From positions 26,971 to 90,970 of the forward strand of contig CAYGPZ010000009.1 of assembly GCA_964352025.1 (NCBI GenBank): a stretch of DNA of 64,000 nucleotides. Direction: 5' to 3'. Of this stretch, positions 10,699 through 20,075 are shown piece by piece. This DNA is from an uncultured Hyphomonadaceae bacterium (GTDB lineage Bacteria > Pseudomonadota > Alphaproteobacteria > Caulobacterales > Hyphomonadaceae). Both the position numbers and the translations under genes were made by a program. Position 1 is the stretch's first letter. Every line of letters begins with the position of its first letter. The notes beneath the pieces are model-generated. The model worked only from the letters and a program-made list of their open reading frames with translations. It was not told where the DNA came from and did no database searches.

Positions 10699-11283
10699 AT
10701 GAAATTTGGGGGGATTTTATTTTTATTCTTAATTTGTGCAGCAATTTCACCTGTCGCTGCACAGGTTAGGGGAGAGCCCTTCCATACATTTGAGTTTGAT
10801 CCTCCCGCGGGACGCTATGAACCCGACAATGATATTGTGGGAGAGAGACTAAAGGCAGGGGCAGCAATTTTAGGGAAAGTTGTTCTAGTACGTTGTGAAA
10901 ATACAGAAAAATTTGGTGCTGGGTTCAGACTTAGAGTACGTGATGTAGCCAAGAAGAATTTATTTTATGCTGGTTTTGTGTGTGACCCGCAAACTGGAGA
11001 AATGACTGCAAATACCAAAGTTTATAAAAAACTACAGAGTGGTGAGTGGGAAAAAGTGAAAGAGGGCCAAAAAATGCCCATTGGTCGTAAGAATGAGATT
11101 GTCGAATTTACCGTCGAATTACGTGGCAAGATTTTATTTGGTAGTTATGGAGACTATTCTTTCCAAAGAGCATTAGATTTTGAACCGATCACTATTGAAT
11201 ACTATGGCTATGGAGCAAAGGGCATGGCTCAGTTCTGGGAAGAATATTTGCAGCTATCTTATTTAGAATATCAAATAAATTAG
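10699..11283 (+). CDS. Hypothetical secreted protein
   Basis: Cleavable signal peptide (ILFLFLICAAISPVAAQ). Beta-rich mature part with no recognised motifs. ATG lies 1 nt after the rpoD TAG. Appears more AT-rich than rpoD by eye. Confidence 0.55.
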   Translation: MKFGGILFLFLICAAISPVAAQVRGEPFHTFEFDPPAGRYEPDNDIVGERLKAGAAILGKVVLVRCENTEKFGAGFRLRVRDVAKKNLFYAGFVCDPQTGEMTANTKVYKKLQSGEWEKVKEGQKMPIGRKNEIVEFTVELRGKILFGSYGDYSFQRALDFEPITIEYYGYGAKGMAQFWEEYLQLSYLEYQIN

Positions 11284-11289
11284 TCATAA

Positions 11290-11327
11290 AAAGCCCGATG
11301 AGAAATGGTCGGGCTTTTTATTTTTTG
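11290..11327 (+). terminator. Rho-independent terminator
   Basis: AGCCCGA-tgagaaatgg-TCGGGCT followed by TTTTATTTTTT. Confidence 0.75.
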
Positions 11328-11402
11328 CAAAACGAGCCGTAAACACTGTGTGTTTGAATTCCTGATTGCGCCAATTAGAAAACACTCATAGAATTTTCTC
11401 AA

Positions 11403-13544
11403 ATGATGAGAAAAGGGCAGTTATTTATGGCTGCAGATTTCAATATCGATAGTCGACGGAATTTAGCGCGCTGGCTTAAAGGTAAGCCAATAGAGTGGAG
11501 TTCCATTTTAGCAGAACGTACCGCATTGCGTGTGCTGCCATTGATATCAGGCGTCTCTGAATCATTCCCTCATAACCCAAAACTGACGCTCGATGTTTTT
11601 AGAAGTGTGATTTGTCTGCGAAGTGGCTCGGCTGATGCATCTGCCATTGCGGCGACAATAGCGCGTTCTTCTGCGCGAACGGTGCGTGTATCTATAGAGC
11701 ATGACCCAGCTGCTTCAGCCTATGCTGCGGCGGCATTGAATGCGTTAAGTGCTGCTGGAAGCGCGGTGATTGAACGCGGTGGCAAGGCCATTGATGCAGC
11801 GTCTAGTGCGGCTGGTTTCTCTGTGGCTGCTGCCAATGCTGCTGCCGATTATTCAAATTCAGATATTGATGATGTTGATGCGGCTATGTGGGGCGCAATA
11901 CAGGCCGATTGTGAAACGCTGAAAATTGTCGGGTCGAAAGATCTTTCCAGCGCGCCATTATGGCTTACGCCAAGATTGGGCGTGATAGAGGGATTTTTGG
12001 GCCGTTTGTTTGATATGTACCAGAATATGGGCACAGACTGGCGATGTCTCGTGCCGTGGTATGAAGTAATTCTTGAAGCCAAGTGTGAAGAGTATTCGTC
12101 GAGCATATATAGCGAATTAGCAGCTGTATCAGAAGATTTCTGGGAGCGTCCGACTGATTTGGTAATTTCTGAAATTGCACAAATGCTGGGTTGGGATGGC
12201 GGTGATTTAGAAGAACCATCAGATGAAATTAGCCGACCATCTATCAAACCCATTTATGTGCCAGAAATGCGTGAAAGCATTGAAGAGCCACAAGATGTTG
12301 CGCCTGAAATATTAGAGATTGAGCCTGAGGATATTGAAGAACGCGACTTTTTCGTCTCCTATTCTAATAAAGATGTTCGCACCGCAAAATTGGTGAGTGA
12401 GGTTCTGGAAAAAGCCGGATATTCTACATTTGCGCAATTTAAAGACATCAAGCAGGGGGCTAATTTCGTTGGTCAAATGAATAAGGGGCTGGCATGTTCC
12501 AAACGCCTTATATCATTGCACTCTCCTGACTATGAGGCTTCCGAACATTGTCAGTCTGAATGGTCTTTTGCCTATAATGAGGACCCGAATGGGAAGCGAC
12601 GTAAATTAATCCAGTTCGTGGTTCGGCCGACCTCGCTAAATGCACTTGCTCGACAAGTTGTGTACCGCTCGCTGATTGGGTTGCCCGATCACAAGAAGCG
12701 CGAGGAAATTTTAGACGCTGTCGGTTATAGTCCTCCAAAGAGGTCTGTTGATGAGGCTGTTAAAGCGCTCGCCAGTCAGGCCAGCCCAGATGCTCAGCTG
12801 AGTGATGATTTTAAACTGGATGCTGGTCCCAATGCAAAGTTGGACAATCCGCTTGTCGATGTTGAATTGGCAGACCTTCCCATTATTCAGATTAGCGTAT
12901 GTAAAGTCCTTTTGCAGGGAGCACCCGGAAACGCCTCTAAGGTCGTGACGGCAGCACTTGAGGAATATAAATCCCATTTAGAGCAACGTGGTGCCAATCC
13001 TGTCGTCGGGCTGCTCGTGGCGCATGGACAGTCTATCTTGGCTGAATTTAATGGGCCGGATGCGATATTGTGGGAAGATGCAGGCATTCGCCAGCAAATA
13101 GATGCATTCTCTGCCAATCACGACCGTCTTATTACTCATTTCCCGCTAAACGCTGATCGCGAACGTTTGTATTCGGAAACGCGCGTCGACGAGTTGGCGG
13201 CTTCTGGGGACGCCCTTAAAGGTCCGATTGTGAGCACGATTGAGGAATTAAGACCAGTTATTGATGCGGGTATGGCAACACGCGAGTTTGAACAAACCTT
13301 TGAAGATATTGAGCAACGGCTTGAACTCATCGAAGCGTCGCCGCCAAGTATGACATCGCCGAAAGAGAACTATGATCGTGCAACACCAAGGAGCCGATTT
13401 GTGTTGCAGACATTGGGTTTCTTTGCTTCTGCACATAGCGTTGCAAATTCGACCCAGACAATTGTGAAGAGCGTGCAGGGAAGTGCTTTTATTTCTGCAC
13501 TCGCGACAGCCATTTCAAAAATGAAAGTGTTCTTATCTTTATGA
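11403..13544 (+). CDS. TIR-domain protein with uncharacterised N- and C-terminal domains
   Basis: Central TIR (~aa 314-440, nt ~12342-12722): RDFFVSYSNKDVRTAKLVSEVLEKAGYSTF...RLISLHSPDYEASEHCQSEWSFAY. The start may be Met9 (11427). Confidence 0.85.
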   Translation: MMRKGQLFMAADFNIDSRRNLARWLKGKPIEWSSILAERTALRVLPLISGVSESFPHNPKLTLDVFRSVICLRSGSADASAIAATIARSSARTVRVSIEHDPAASAYAAAALNALSAAGSAVIERGGKAIDAASSAAGFSVAAANAAADYSNSDIDDVDAAMWGAIQADCETLKIVGSKDLSSAPLWLTPRLGVIEGFLGRLFDMYQNMGTDWRCLVPWYEVILEAKCEEYSSSIYSELAAVSEDFWERPTDLVISEIAQMLGWDGGDLEEPSDEISRPSIKPIYVPEMRESIEEPQDVAPEILEIEPEDIEERDFFVSYSNKDVRTAKLVSEVLEKAGYSTFAQFKDIKQGANFVGQMNKGLACSKRLISLHSPDYEASEHCQSEWSFAYNEDPNGKRRKLIQFVVRPTSLNALARQVVYRSLIGLPDHKKREEILDAVGYSPPKRSVDEAVKALASQASPDAQLSDDFKLDAGPNAKLDNPLVDVELADLPIIQISVCKVLLQGAPGNASKVVTAALEEYKSHLEQRGANPVVGLLVAHGQSILAEFNGPDAILWEDAGIRQQIDAFSANHDRLITHFPLNADRERLYSETRVDELAASGDALKGPIVSTIEELRPVIDAGMATREFEQTFEDIEQRLELIEASPPSMTSPKENYDRATPRSRFVLQTLGFFASAHSVANSTQTIVKSVQGSAFISALATAISKMKVFLSL

Positions 13545-13659
13545 ATTAAGAAAGTGGTAGATGAACCTAACCTAAACGGAGCGTTTTAATCAGGTTCAAG
13601 TGCAGCGTTGAATATAAGAAAGAAACTAAAAATCAATCGGCTATAACAGGGGCTGTTAC

Positions 13660-14490
13660 ATGCAAGATTATCTCGATAAATTGGATATAAATCAGTATTT
13701 GCCAGGCGCAATTGGCGTCGCGACGAATATTTTACTCGCAATTGTTATTCTCATCATAGGTATGTGGATTGCTGGCGCGGTTAGTAAATTCGTGCGCGGT
13801 CTAGGTGAGAAACATGAGAAATTAGACAGTACACTGTTTAAGTTCCTCAGTAGCGTGGTCCGCTACGTTATCATGGCGTTTGTTGTGATTGCAGTGTTGA
13901 ATCGGTTTGGTGTTGAAACAACCTCTATTGTAGCATTGTTGGGTGCGGCTGGTTTGGCAGTTGGTTTAGCGCTTCAAGGGGCTATGTCTAACCTTGCTGC
14001 TGGTGTGATGTTGATGCTGTTCCGCCCTTATAAAGTTGGCGATTTTATCGATGCTGCCGGTCGTTTTGGTAACGTGACAGAGATTGATCTGTTCACGACA
14101 ATTCTTCAGACATTCGACAATCAGCAAATTATTATTCCCAACAGCCAAGTATGGGGTGAGCAGATCGTGAACCATTCTCATCACCCGGTGCGTGGTGTCG
14201 ATATGGTCGTCTCTGTTGCTTATGGTGAAAACACTGATGAAGCTCGCAAGGTTATTGACGGCGTATTGGCTGGGAACGCACATGTGTTGGCTGATCCGGC
14301 TCCATTTGTTGAAGTCGAAACTCTAAATGAAAGTTCTGTTGACTTCAGAGTGCGTCCATTTGTGAAGGGCGAGAATTATTTCGACGTTCTTTATTCGGTT
14401 CCTGAGCAAATGAAGAAAGCTTTGGATGCTGCAGGAATTGAAATTCCATTCCCGCACCGCAAAGTGATTGTGGTCAATCAGGACAAATAA
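13660..14490 (+). CDS. Mechanosensitive ion channel, MscS family (small)
   Basis: Three TM helices, then PYKVGDFIDAAGRFGNVTEIDLFTTILQTFDNQQIIIPNSQV, the typical MscS beta-domain. Confidence 0.9.
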   Translation: MQDYLDKLDINQYLPGAIGVATNILLAIVILIIGMWIAGAVSKFVRGLGEKHEKLDSTLFKFLSSVVRYVIMAFVVIAVLNRFGVETTSIVALLGAAGLAVGLALQGAMSNLAAGVMLMLFRPYKVGDFIDAAGRFGNVTEIDLFTTILQTFDNQQIIIPNSQVWGEQIVNHSHHPVRGVDMVVSVAYGENTDEARKVIDGVLAGNAHVLADPAPFVEVETLNESSVDFRVRPFVKGENYFDVLYSVPEQMKKALDAAGIEIPFPHRKVIVVNQDK

Positions 14491-14512
14491 TTTAGACTGT
14501 AGATTTTAGAGA

Positions 14513-14543
14513 AAGCCACTCAATCAAATTGGGTGGCTTTTTA
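14513..14543. terminator. Rho-independent terminator
   Basis: AGCCACTC-aatcaaatt-GGGTGGCT followed by TTTTT. Confidence 0.7.
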
Positions 14544-14554
14544 TATTTGGAGCG

Positions 14555-14695
14555 TTATTTATTTTTAAATTGGCAATAGTCTGGTTTGGATTTACCATCA
14601 TCATTTGCTGAAGCTTGTGTGCCCACCAAAATCGCAGCACCACATGCAAGCCAAAAGCAGAGTGCAAACGCAAGACCTGTTATGCGTGTAACCAT
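14555..14695 (-). CDS. Small (46 aa) single-TM protein
   Basis: Internal ATG of ORF 14555..14779, preceded by GGAGGAG-TTTTTT. Sequence MVTRITGLAFALCFWLACGAAILVG, then a charged tail containing one Cys. Confidence 0.45.
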   Translation of the reverse strand: MVTRITGLAFALCFWLACGAAILVGTQASANDDGKSKPDYCQFKNK

Positions 14696-14831
14696 AAAAA
14701 ACTCCTCCATACAGGCTATTCTGATGAGCCTTTTCGTACTTTGTATACAAAACATGTCCGTGTTAACCATTTTGCGCAAGGTGTTTAAAGGTTAATTTTT
14801 TGTATTGGTTCGTTCTTCTGGGAGGCTTGTG

Positions 14832-15254
14832 ATGGCATATCAACGTTCGTTTTGCGTTGAGACAAATGGTCAAGGGTTGTATGAATTCACAAGTAATGTT
14901 GTTGCTTTCGTAGCAGAAAGTTCAATGATTTCGGGTGTTTTGACACTTTTCGTACAGCACACATCTTGTTCAATACTCATTCAAGAGAATGCAGATCCCA
15001 GTGTTCAGGTTGATCTGCAGAACTTCTTCTCTAAATTAGTTCCCAATGGTGATGATTCATCTATGGAATGGCTAACTCATACATTTGAAGGCCCAGATGA
15101 TATGCCAGCGCATATAAAATCAGCGCTTTTACCAACGTCAATTTCTATTCCGATTGTTAACGGCCGATTGGCACTGGGACAGTGGCAAGGTATCTATTTG
15201 TTTGAACATCGAGATGCCCAAATGCAGCGCAATATTATAGCGCATATTTCGTGA
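14832..15254 (+). CDS. yjbQ: YjbQ/UPF0047 family protein (secondary thiamine-phosphate synthase)
   Basis: GVLTLFVQHTSCSILIQENADPSV...HIKSALLPTSISIPIVNGRLALGQWQGIYLFEHR is typical of YjbQ. GGGAGG RBS before the ATG at 14832. Confidence 0.85.
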   Translation: MAYQRSFCVETNGQGLYEFTSNVVAFVAESSMISGVLTLFVQHTSCSILIQENADPSVQVDLQNFFSKLVPNGDDSSMEWLTHTFEGPDDMPAHIKSALLPTSISIPIVNGRLALGQWQGIYLFEHRDAQMQRNIIAHIS

Positions 15255-15298
15255 TATGAATTGGAATTTGGAAAGACAAAGTGAGAGCTTAGGTGAAA

Positions 15299-15589
15299 AT
15301 GGCACAAATAGAAGCTGATAAACTGGAGTTATGGAATAAAGCTTTGACGCGAGCTGCATTGAAGCAAGCCGTAAGGGTGAAATTTTCTAAATCTGTGACG
15401 CCTAAAGATAACTCGATTTCTTACGAGCTGGCATCATATGATGCTTCAGATGAACCGATAGGCGATGATAGAGATTATGATCTTTTAAAAGCTGTCATGA
15501 CGCCTTTAGAAAATCTGGCTGACACAGTGCAAGATGATAGTTTTTCAATGTCACTTGATTTGGTTTCCGGTGTTCTGAAGCAAAACTAG
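15299..15589 (+). CDS. Hypothetical protein
   Basis: ORF with AGGTGA before the ATG at 15299. Acidic, with no recognisable motif. Confidence 0.4.
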   Translation: MAQIEADKLELWNKALTRAALKQAVRVKFSKSVTPKDNSISYELASYDASDEPIGDDRDYDLLKAVMTPLENLADTVQDDSFSMSLDLVSGVLKQN

Positions 15590-15695
15590 AGGTCTTTTCA
15601 AGATTTTCATATGTGATGAGAAAAAAGCTCGACATCAAAGTTAAGCTGTCTACTTTTACTTATTAAATATAAAATGCGAAAACCTTGAGGGCTTT

Positions 15696-17399
15696 ATGAC
15701 GATCAAATCTATAATTGTGCTTTCACTTGCTTCTGTGCTCGGTGCATGTGCGAGTTTAACATCTCAAGACAATTCTGAAGCGGTGGAAATTCTCGAAAGC
15801 GCAAATTCAAAGACGTCACTTCCTGCTATTATTGAGGAAAACCTTAGTCCACGTGCTGAGCGTATAAAAGCCGATATTTCTTATCTGTCTAGTGATGCAT
15901 TGGAGGGGCGTGAAACAGGATCGCCGGGTTACGCGTTGGCGGCTGAATACGTCATTGGGCAGTTTGAAGAAATCGGTATTGCGCCCAAAGGTGAAGAGGG
16001 CAAATACACCCAGTCCGTTCCGTTTATCTCAGTGGTTCGAGATGAAGATGGCAATACTATGCAGCTATGGTCTGCATCAAACGAGGCGGTCGAATTTGTA
16101 GATGGCGAAGATTACGTTGTATCTGCTTCATCTCAAAGTGAAGAGTCGGGTGTCAAAGCTCCGATCGTTTTTGCGGGTTATGGCGTTGTTGCGCCTGAGC
16201 ATGGCCTCGCACCATATGAAAACCTCGATGTTAAAGGTAAGATAGTCGCTGTTTTGTCAGGGACACCTGGTGGTATTCAAACAGAAGAACGCGCCTATTA
16301 TGGAGCACAAATTGCACGCGAAATGTCCGAACTCGGTGCCATTGGTGTTGTCACTATTGAAACTCCGGTTGGTGCAAAGCGTTTTCCTTTTGCGAGAGCA
16401 GTCCAGTCTTCGACAACACGTAAATCGATGAAATGGCTCGATGTTGATGGCAAGCCGTATACAACAGCGCCAAATCTACAAGTGTCAGCCTATGTGTCTC
16501 AAGCTGGCGCAGAAAAGCTGTTCTCAGGCTCCAAGATGAGTTGGTCTGAAATATTAGCTGTCATTGAAGATGATACGGCTAAAATTGAATCCTTTGAATT
16601 GCCATACACAGTCGCCATCAATCAGTCCTCCAAGCATTCAGAGATTGCATCTGATAATGTGCTTGGAATTATTGAAGGCGCTGATCAAGAGTTGAAGGAT
16701 GAATTTATTGTTCTTTCTGCACATTTGGATCACATCGGAATCTCTCAAAAATCTCTTGAAGATGACGTTATTAATAATGGCGCACTTGATAATGCGGCAG
16801 GTGTATCGACCCTGTTGGAAGTAGCGCGCATTATGAAGTCAGGTGACACACCAAGACGTTCTATTGTGTTCGCCGTTGTGACTGGAGAAGAGAAGGGGTT
16901 GTTGGGGGCACAGTATTTTGCACAAAATCCAACTGTGGATCGTGAAGGCATTGTTGGAAATGTAAATCTTGATATGCCCGTGCTGACTTATGACTTTACC
17001 GATGTTGTCGCATTCGGTGGTGAACGTTCAACAATGAAGTCTGCTATTGAAGATGCGATTCAAGAGTTTGGCGTGACGCTTGGAGAAGATCCATTTCCGG
17101 CGCAAGGATTGTTTACACGGTCTGATCATTACCGCTTCGTAGAAATCGGTGTGCCATCTGTTTTTCTTGCGACCGGATTTGAAAATGGTGGTGAGGAAGC
17201 TTGGGCAAACCACTTTGCCAATAATTATCACAAGCCCTCAGATGAAGTTGATAATGGCTTATTGTTCAATGCGGCGGACAAGTTCGCATCTATCAACGCA
17301 AAAATTGCACTTACTCTTGCGAATCAAGATGAGCGTCCGAAATGGATTAAAGATGATTTCTTTGCTCTAAAATTCGGCGGTGTCATGGTCTCTGAATAG
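15696..17399 (+). CDS. M28 family metallopeptidase with PA domain (lipoprotein)
   Basis: Lipobox LGAC. PA-domain insert. Zinc ligand blocks LSAHLDHIG, GALDNAAGVSTLLEVAR, VVTGEEKGLLGAQYF and SDHYRF. Confidence 0.85.
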   Translation: MTIKSIIVLSLASVLGACASLTSQDNSEAVEILESANSKTSLPAIIEENLSPRAERIKADISYLSSDALEGRETGSPGYALAAEYVIGQFEEIGIAPKGEEGKYTQSVPFISVVRDEDGNTMQLWSASNEAVEFVDGEDYVVSASSQSEESGVKAPIVFAGYGVVAPEHGLAPYENLDVKGKIVAVLSGTPGGIQTEERAYYGAQIAREMSELGAIGVVTIETPVGAKRFPFARAVQSSTTRKSMKWLDVDGKPYTTAPNLQVSAYVSQAGAEKLFSGSKMSWSEILAVIEDDTAKIESFELPYTVAINQSSKHSEIASDNVLGIIEGADQELKDEFIVLSAHLDHIGISQKSLEDDVINNGALDNAAGVSTLLEVARIMKSGDTPRRSIVFAVVTGEEKGLLGAQYFAQNPTVDREGIVGNVNLDMPVLTYDFTDVVAFGGERSTMKSAIEDAIQEFGVTLGEDPFPAQGLFTRSDHYRFVEIGVPSVFLATGFENGGEEAWANHFANNYHKPSDEVDNGLLFNAADKFASINAKIALTLANQDERPKWIKDDFFALKFGGVMVSE

Positions 17400-17424
17400 T
17401 TTTTAATTTTCTATTTAATGTTGA

Positions 17425-17460
17425 AGCAGCGTTTTCTTGTTCGAGGACGCTGCTTTTTTA
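17425..17460 (+). terminator. Rho-independent terminator
   Basis: AGCAGCGT-tttcttgttcgagg-ACGCTGCT followed by TTTTT. Confidence 0.8.
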
Positions 17461-17666
17461 TTATAAATATAAGTGACTTATGTATCCCGGCACTGGGATT
17501 GTGACTTTTTTGTAAAAAGGGAAAAAAGTTATAGAAGCGCCTTCCAAAGCGTGTTATACGTATTTGCATGTTAGCGGGCAGAAGGTTTGCAATATCGGGT
17601 AGCTTGATATGCATTTCCATTGAAATAGATCCGCAGCATTTTATTTCACTTTAAAGGGTCATGAAA

Positions 17667-17993
17667 ATGAAAAAATCTAACTTGCTTACAGCTTCTCTTA
17701 TTCTTGCTGCAACTTCATTGGTCGGCGTAATGCCAGCTTCTGCTGAAGAAATTGTTGTTACAGAGCGCGTAATCCCCGAATACCCAGCCAAAGCGGAACG
17801 TTTCAACAAAGAAGGCAGTGTCGAGCTAGCTTTCGACATTACTGAAGCTGGTCTTGTTCAGAACGTTCGTGTTGTTGAATCTAAAAACTCAAAGTACTTT
17901 GATAAAGCAGCAGTCGAAGCGATTTCTCAGTGGAAATTTGAGCAAGGCGCACCAAACGAAGGTGTAAACGTTATTGTTGACTTCGAGCTATAA
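17667..17993 (+). CDS. Secreted TonB C-terminal-domain protein
   Basis: Signal peptide (ASLILAATSLVGVMPASA) followed only by a TonB_C-like domain (EYPAKAERFNKEGSVELAFDITEAGLVQNVRVVES...AAVEAISQWKFE). Confidence 0.7.
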   Translation: MKKSNLLTASLILAATSLVGVMPASAEEIVVTERVIPEYPAKAERFNKEGSVELAFDITEAGLVQNVRVVESKNSKYFDKAAVEAISQWKFEQGAPNEGVNVIVDFEL

Positions 17994-18041
17994 TAATTTT
18001 GAAAAATACTGTATTTCCTGCTTAGAAATATAGTTTTGAAA

Positions 18042-18071
18042 AAGGGGAAAGCTTACGCTTTCCCCTTTTTT
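18042..18071. terminator. Bidirectional rho-independent terminator
   Basis: AAAA-AGGGGAAAGC-ttac-GCTTTCCCCT-TTTTT between convergent genes. Confidence 0.8.
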
Positions 18072-18072
18072 A

Positions 18073-19143
18073 TTAGCAGCAGCTTCCGCCTGAGGCGGGT
18101 GGTGAAGATGTTGTTAAATCACTACTTGCAGTACCAAACACGTCTACAGGCGCACATCCAGGGAAGACTCCTAAATGGGTTTTGCCTTCTCCAACAATCT
18201 CAAAATATTTAGCAAACCGAGTCGCTGTCAGCATTTTTAGGGTGTTGTTGCATACAGGGAAAACGCGTCCGGCTTCAATTTGGTGTTCGGCATCAAGATC
18301 GAAAATGCATTCCATACCTGGCGCACCGCCTTTATATATAACGGCCTGACCATAGTCTTCACACGCCATATCCAATCCATCTAATTTCATAAGGCGTGCA
18401 GTGACGGATGCAAACTTGATAGGATTTAGCATTTCCTGAATTTTAGGGTGCAGTATAGCAAGAGGGCGATGTTCTGTTGTGCGCGGGTCTTTAAAGCCAG
18501 CTTCTTTTGCCATCGATAAAAAGTCATTCCAGTAGAGCGCGCCGGAAAGGCATTCCCCATATAGGATTGGGTCGTTGACGAGTTCTTCAGGTACACGACG
18601 GTCTGCATACACATCAGAGAAATAGAGTTCACCACCTGGTTTTAGAAGATTGTAGGCGGCTTTAAATACGGCTGGTTTATCGGTGCAAAGATTGATCACA
18701 CAATTTGAAATGATGAGATCAAAGCTATTTGGTTCGAGATCCAGTTCGCCAAGTTTTTCTAGATATCCTTCGACAAATCGTGTGTTGGGTTTGTCGTAAC
18801 CAAATTGCTCGGCGTGCCATCCTTCATATTCTCTGGCAATTGCAAGCTGTTCTGCTGTCATATCAACGCCAGTCACTGATCCATTGGGGCCGACGAGTTT
18901 TGCTAGTGCAAATACATCGCGTCCTGCGCCTGAACCAAGGTCGAGTACTTTTAAGCCTTCAAGTTCGCTGGGAATGACAATCCCACATCCATAATAGCGT
19001 GTTGCGACTTCATCGTGCACTGCACCTAGGGCTTTGCGAATGTGTAGGGGAGGCGCGGCTTCGGTGCAGCAAGCATCCGTTTTTAAATCGGAAGAGTTTT
19101 GAAGTGTTTGGCCATAATAGTCTTTGACTTCATCTTGTTTCAT
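18073..19143 (-). CDS. arsM: Arsenite S-adenosylmethionine methyltransferase-like protein
   Basis: SAM motif VLDLGSGAGRD. ArsM-type cysteines (DACC near the N-terminus, ISNCVINLC, YGECLSGALY). C-terminal GGSCC. Confidence 0.8.
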   Translation of the reverse strand: MKQDEVKDYYGQTLQNSSDLKTDACCTEAAPPLHIRKALGAVHDEVATRYYGCGIVIPSELEGLKVLDLGSGAGRDVFALAKLVGPNGSVTGVDMTAEQLAIAREYEGWHAEQFGYDKPNTRFVEGYLEKLGELDLEPNSFDLIISNCVINLCTDKPAVFKAAYNLLKPGGELYFSDVYADRRVPEELVNDPILYGECLSGALYWNDFLSMAKEAGFKDPRTTEHRPLAILHPKIQEMLNPIKFASVTARLMKLDGLDMACEDYGQAVIYKGGAPGMECIFDLDAEHQIEAGRVFPVCNNTLKMLTATRFAKYFEIVGEGKTHLGVFPGCAPVDVFGTASSDLTTSSPPASGGSCC

Positions 19144-19484
19144 CTGGCTGCCTTTTAGGGTTCGATAAGGTGTAATCTGATATAGAAGCTATAAGTTTGG
19201 CACGTTTTATAGGGCATTCTCGGTAAAATAAACTGACATGTATGTGACAATTAGTAGAATCTCTATTTCTTATTAGTCACTATGAATTCAGTATTGATAT
19301 GTTATAGGAAACCGAAATTTGCTGCATCTGCGAGATATGTAGTGAGAAAATTGTAGTGATGACTTTGATTATTTAAGCGTTTGTCACCATATATTTTGGA
19401 GTGATTTGGTAAGCTGGGAGCGTGAGTATTCTTAGCTTATTGGAGTATAGCGTTTAAGATGACGTTGAATAGAAAGGGATTTAG

Positions 19485-19844
19485 ATGTTTCTGACCATGT
19501 TGAGAGCGAAACTACACCGCGCAACTGTGACTCAGTGCGACCTTCACTATGAAGGCTCCATTTCTATCGATAAAGATCTGCTAGACGCATCCGGCATTCT
19601 TGTAAACGAGCGTGTGGATATATGGAACATCACTAATGGCGCGCGTTTGTCGACCTATGCTATTGAAGCGCCACGTGGTTCAAAGACATTTGGTGTGAAT
19701 GGTGCTGCGGCTCGTCATTTCCAGTTGGGTGATCGTATCATTGTAGCGACTTTTGCTCAGATTGAAGAAGAAAAAGCGCGCCAGCATGCGCCTACAGTTG
19801 TCATGCTCGATGACAAGAACGAGATCGTTCCCCACATTGCTTAG
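19485..19844 (+). CDS. panD: Aspartate 1-decarboxylase
   Basis: [25 protein letters not shown], including the self-processing G-S site. 119 aa. Confidence 0.95.
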   Translation: MFLTMLRAKLHRATVTQCDLHYEGSISIDKDLLDASGILVNERVDIWNITNGARLSTYAIEAPRGSKTFGVNGAAARHFQLGDRIIVATFAQIEEEKARQHAPTVVMLDDKNEIVPHIA

Positions 19845-20075
19845 GGCCGTGTTTTGGCCGCATAAGGTTTTGTGCGGAATAATACGATGAGAAAACCTTT
19901 TTATAAACGTGGACGTCCTCTCGTCCAATTGTGTGCTGCCATACTCGTTCTGGTAGCATTTTTTATTTTTCGAATGTTTATATCTATAGAATAGGTCGGA
20001 AATTTTTGCCTACTATATAGTTAATATTATGTGATTAATAAATTAACTTAATATGCTCGAAAGTGTAGAGTGTGT

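Noticed and set aside
17411-17620. A 69-aa minus-strand ORF in the intergenic region upstream of the TonB_C gene.
   Set aside because: It has no RBS and a basic low-complexity product. It overlaps the terminator of the M28 peptidase gene and the likely promoter region.
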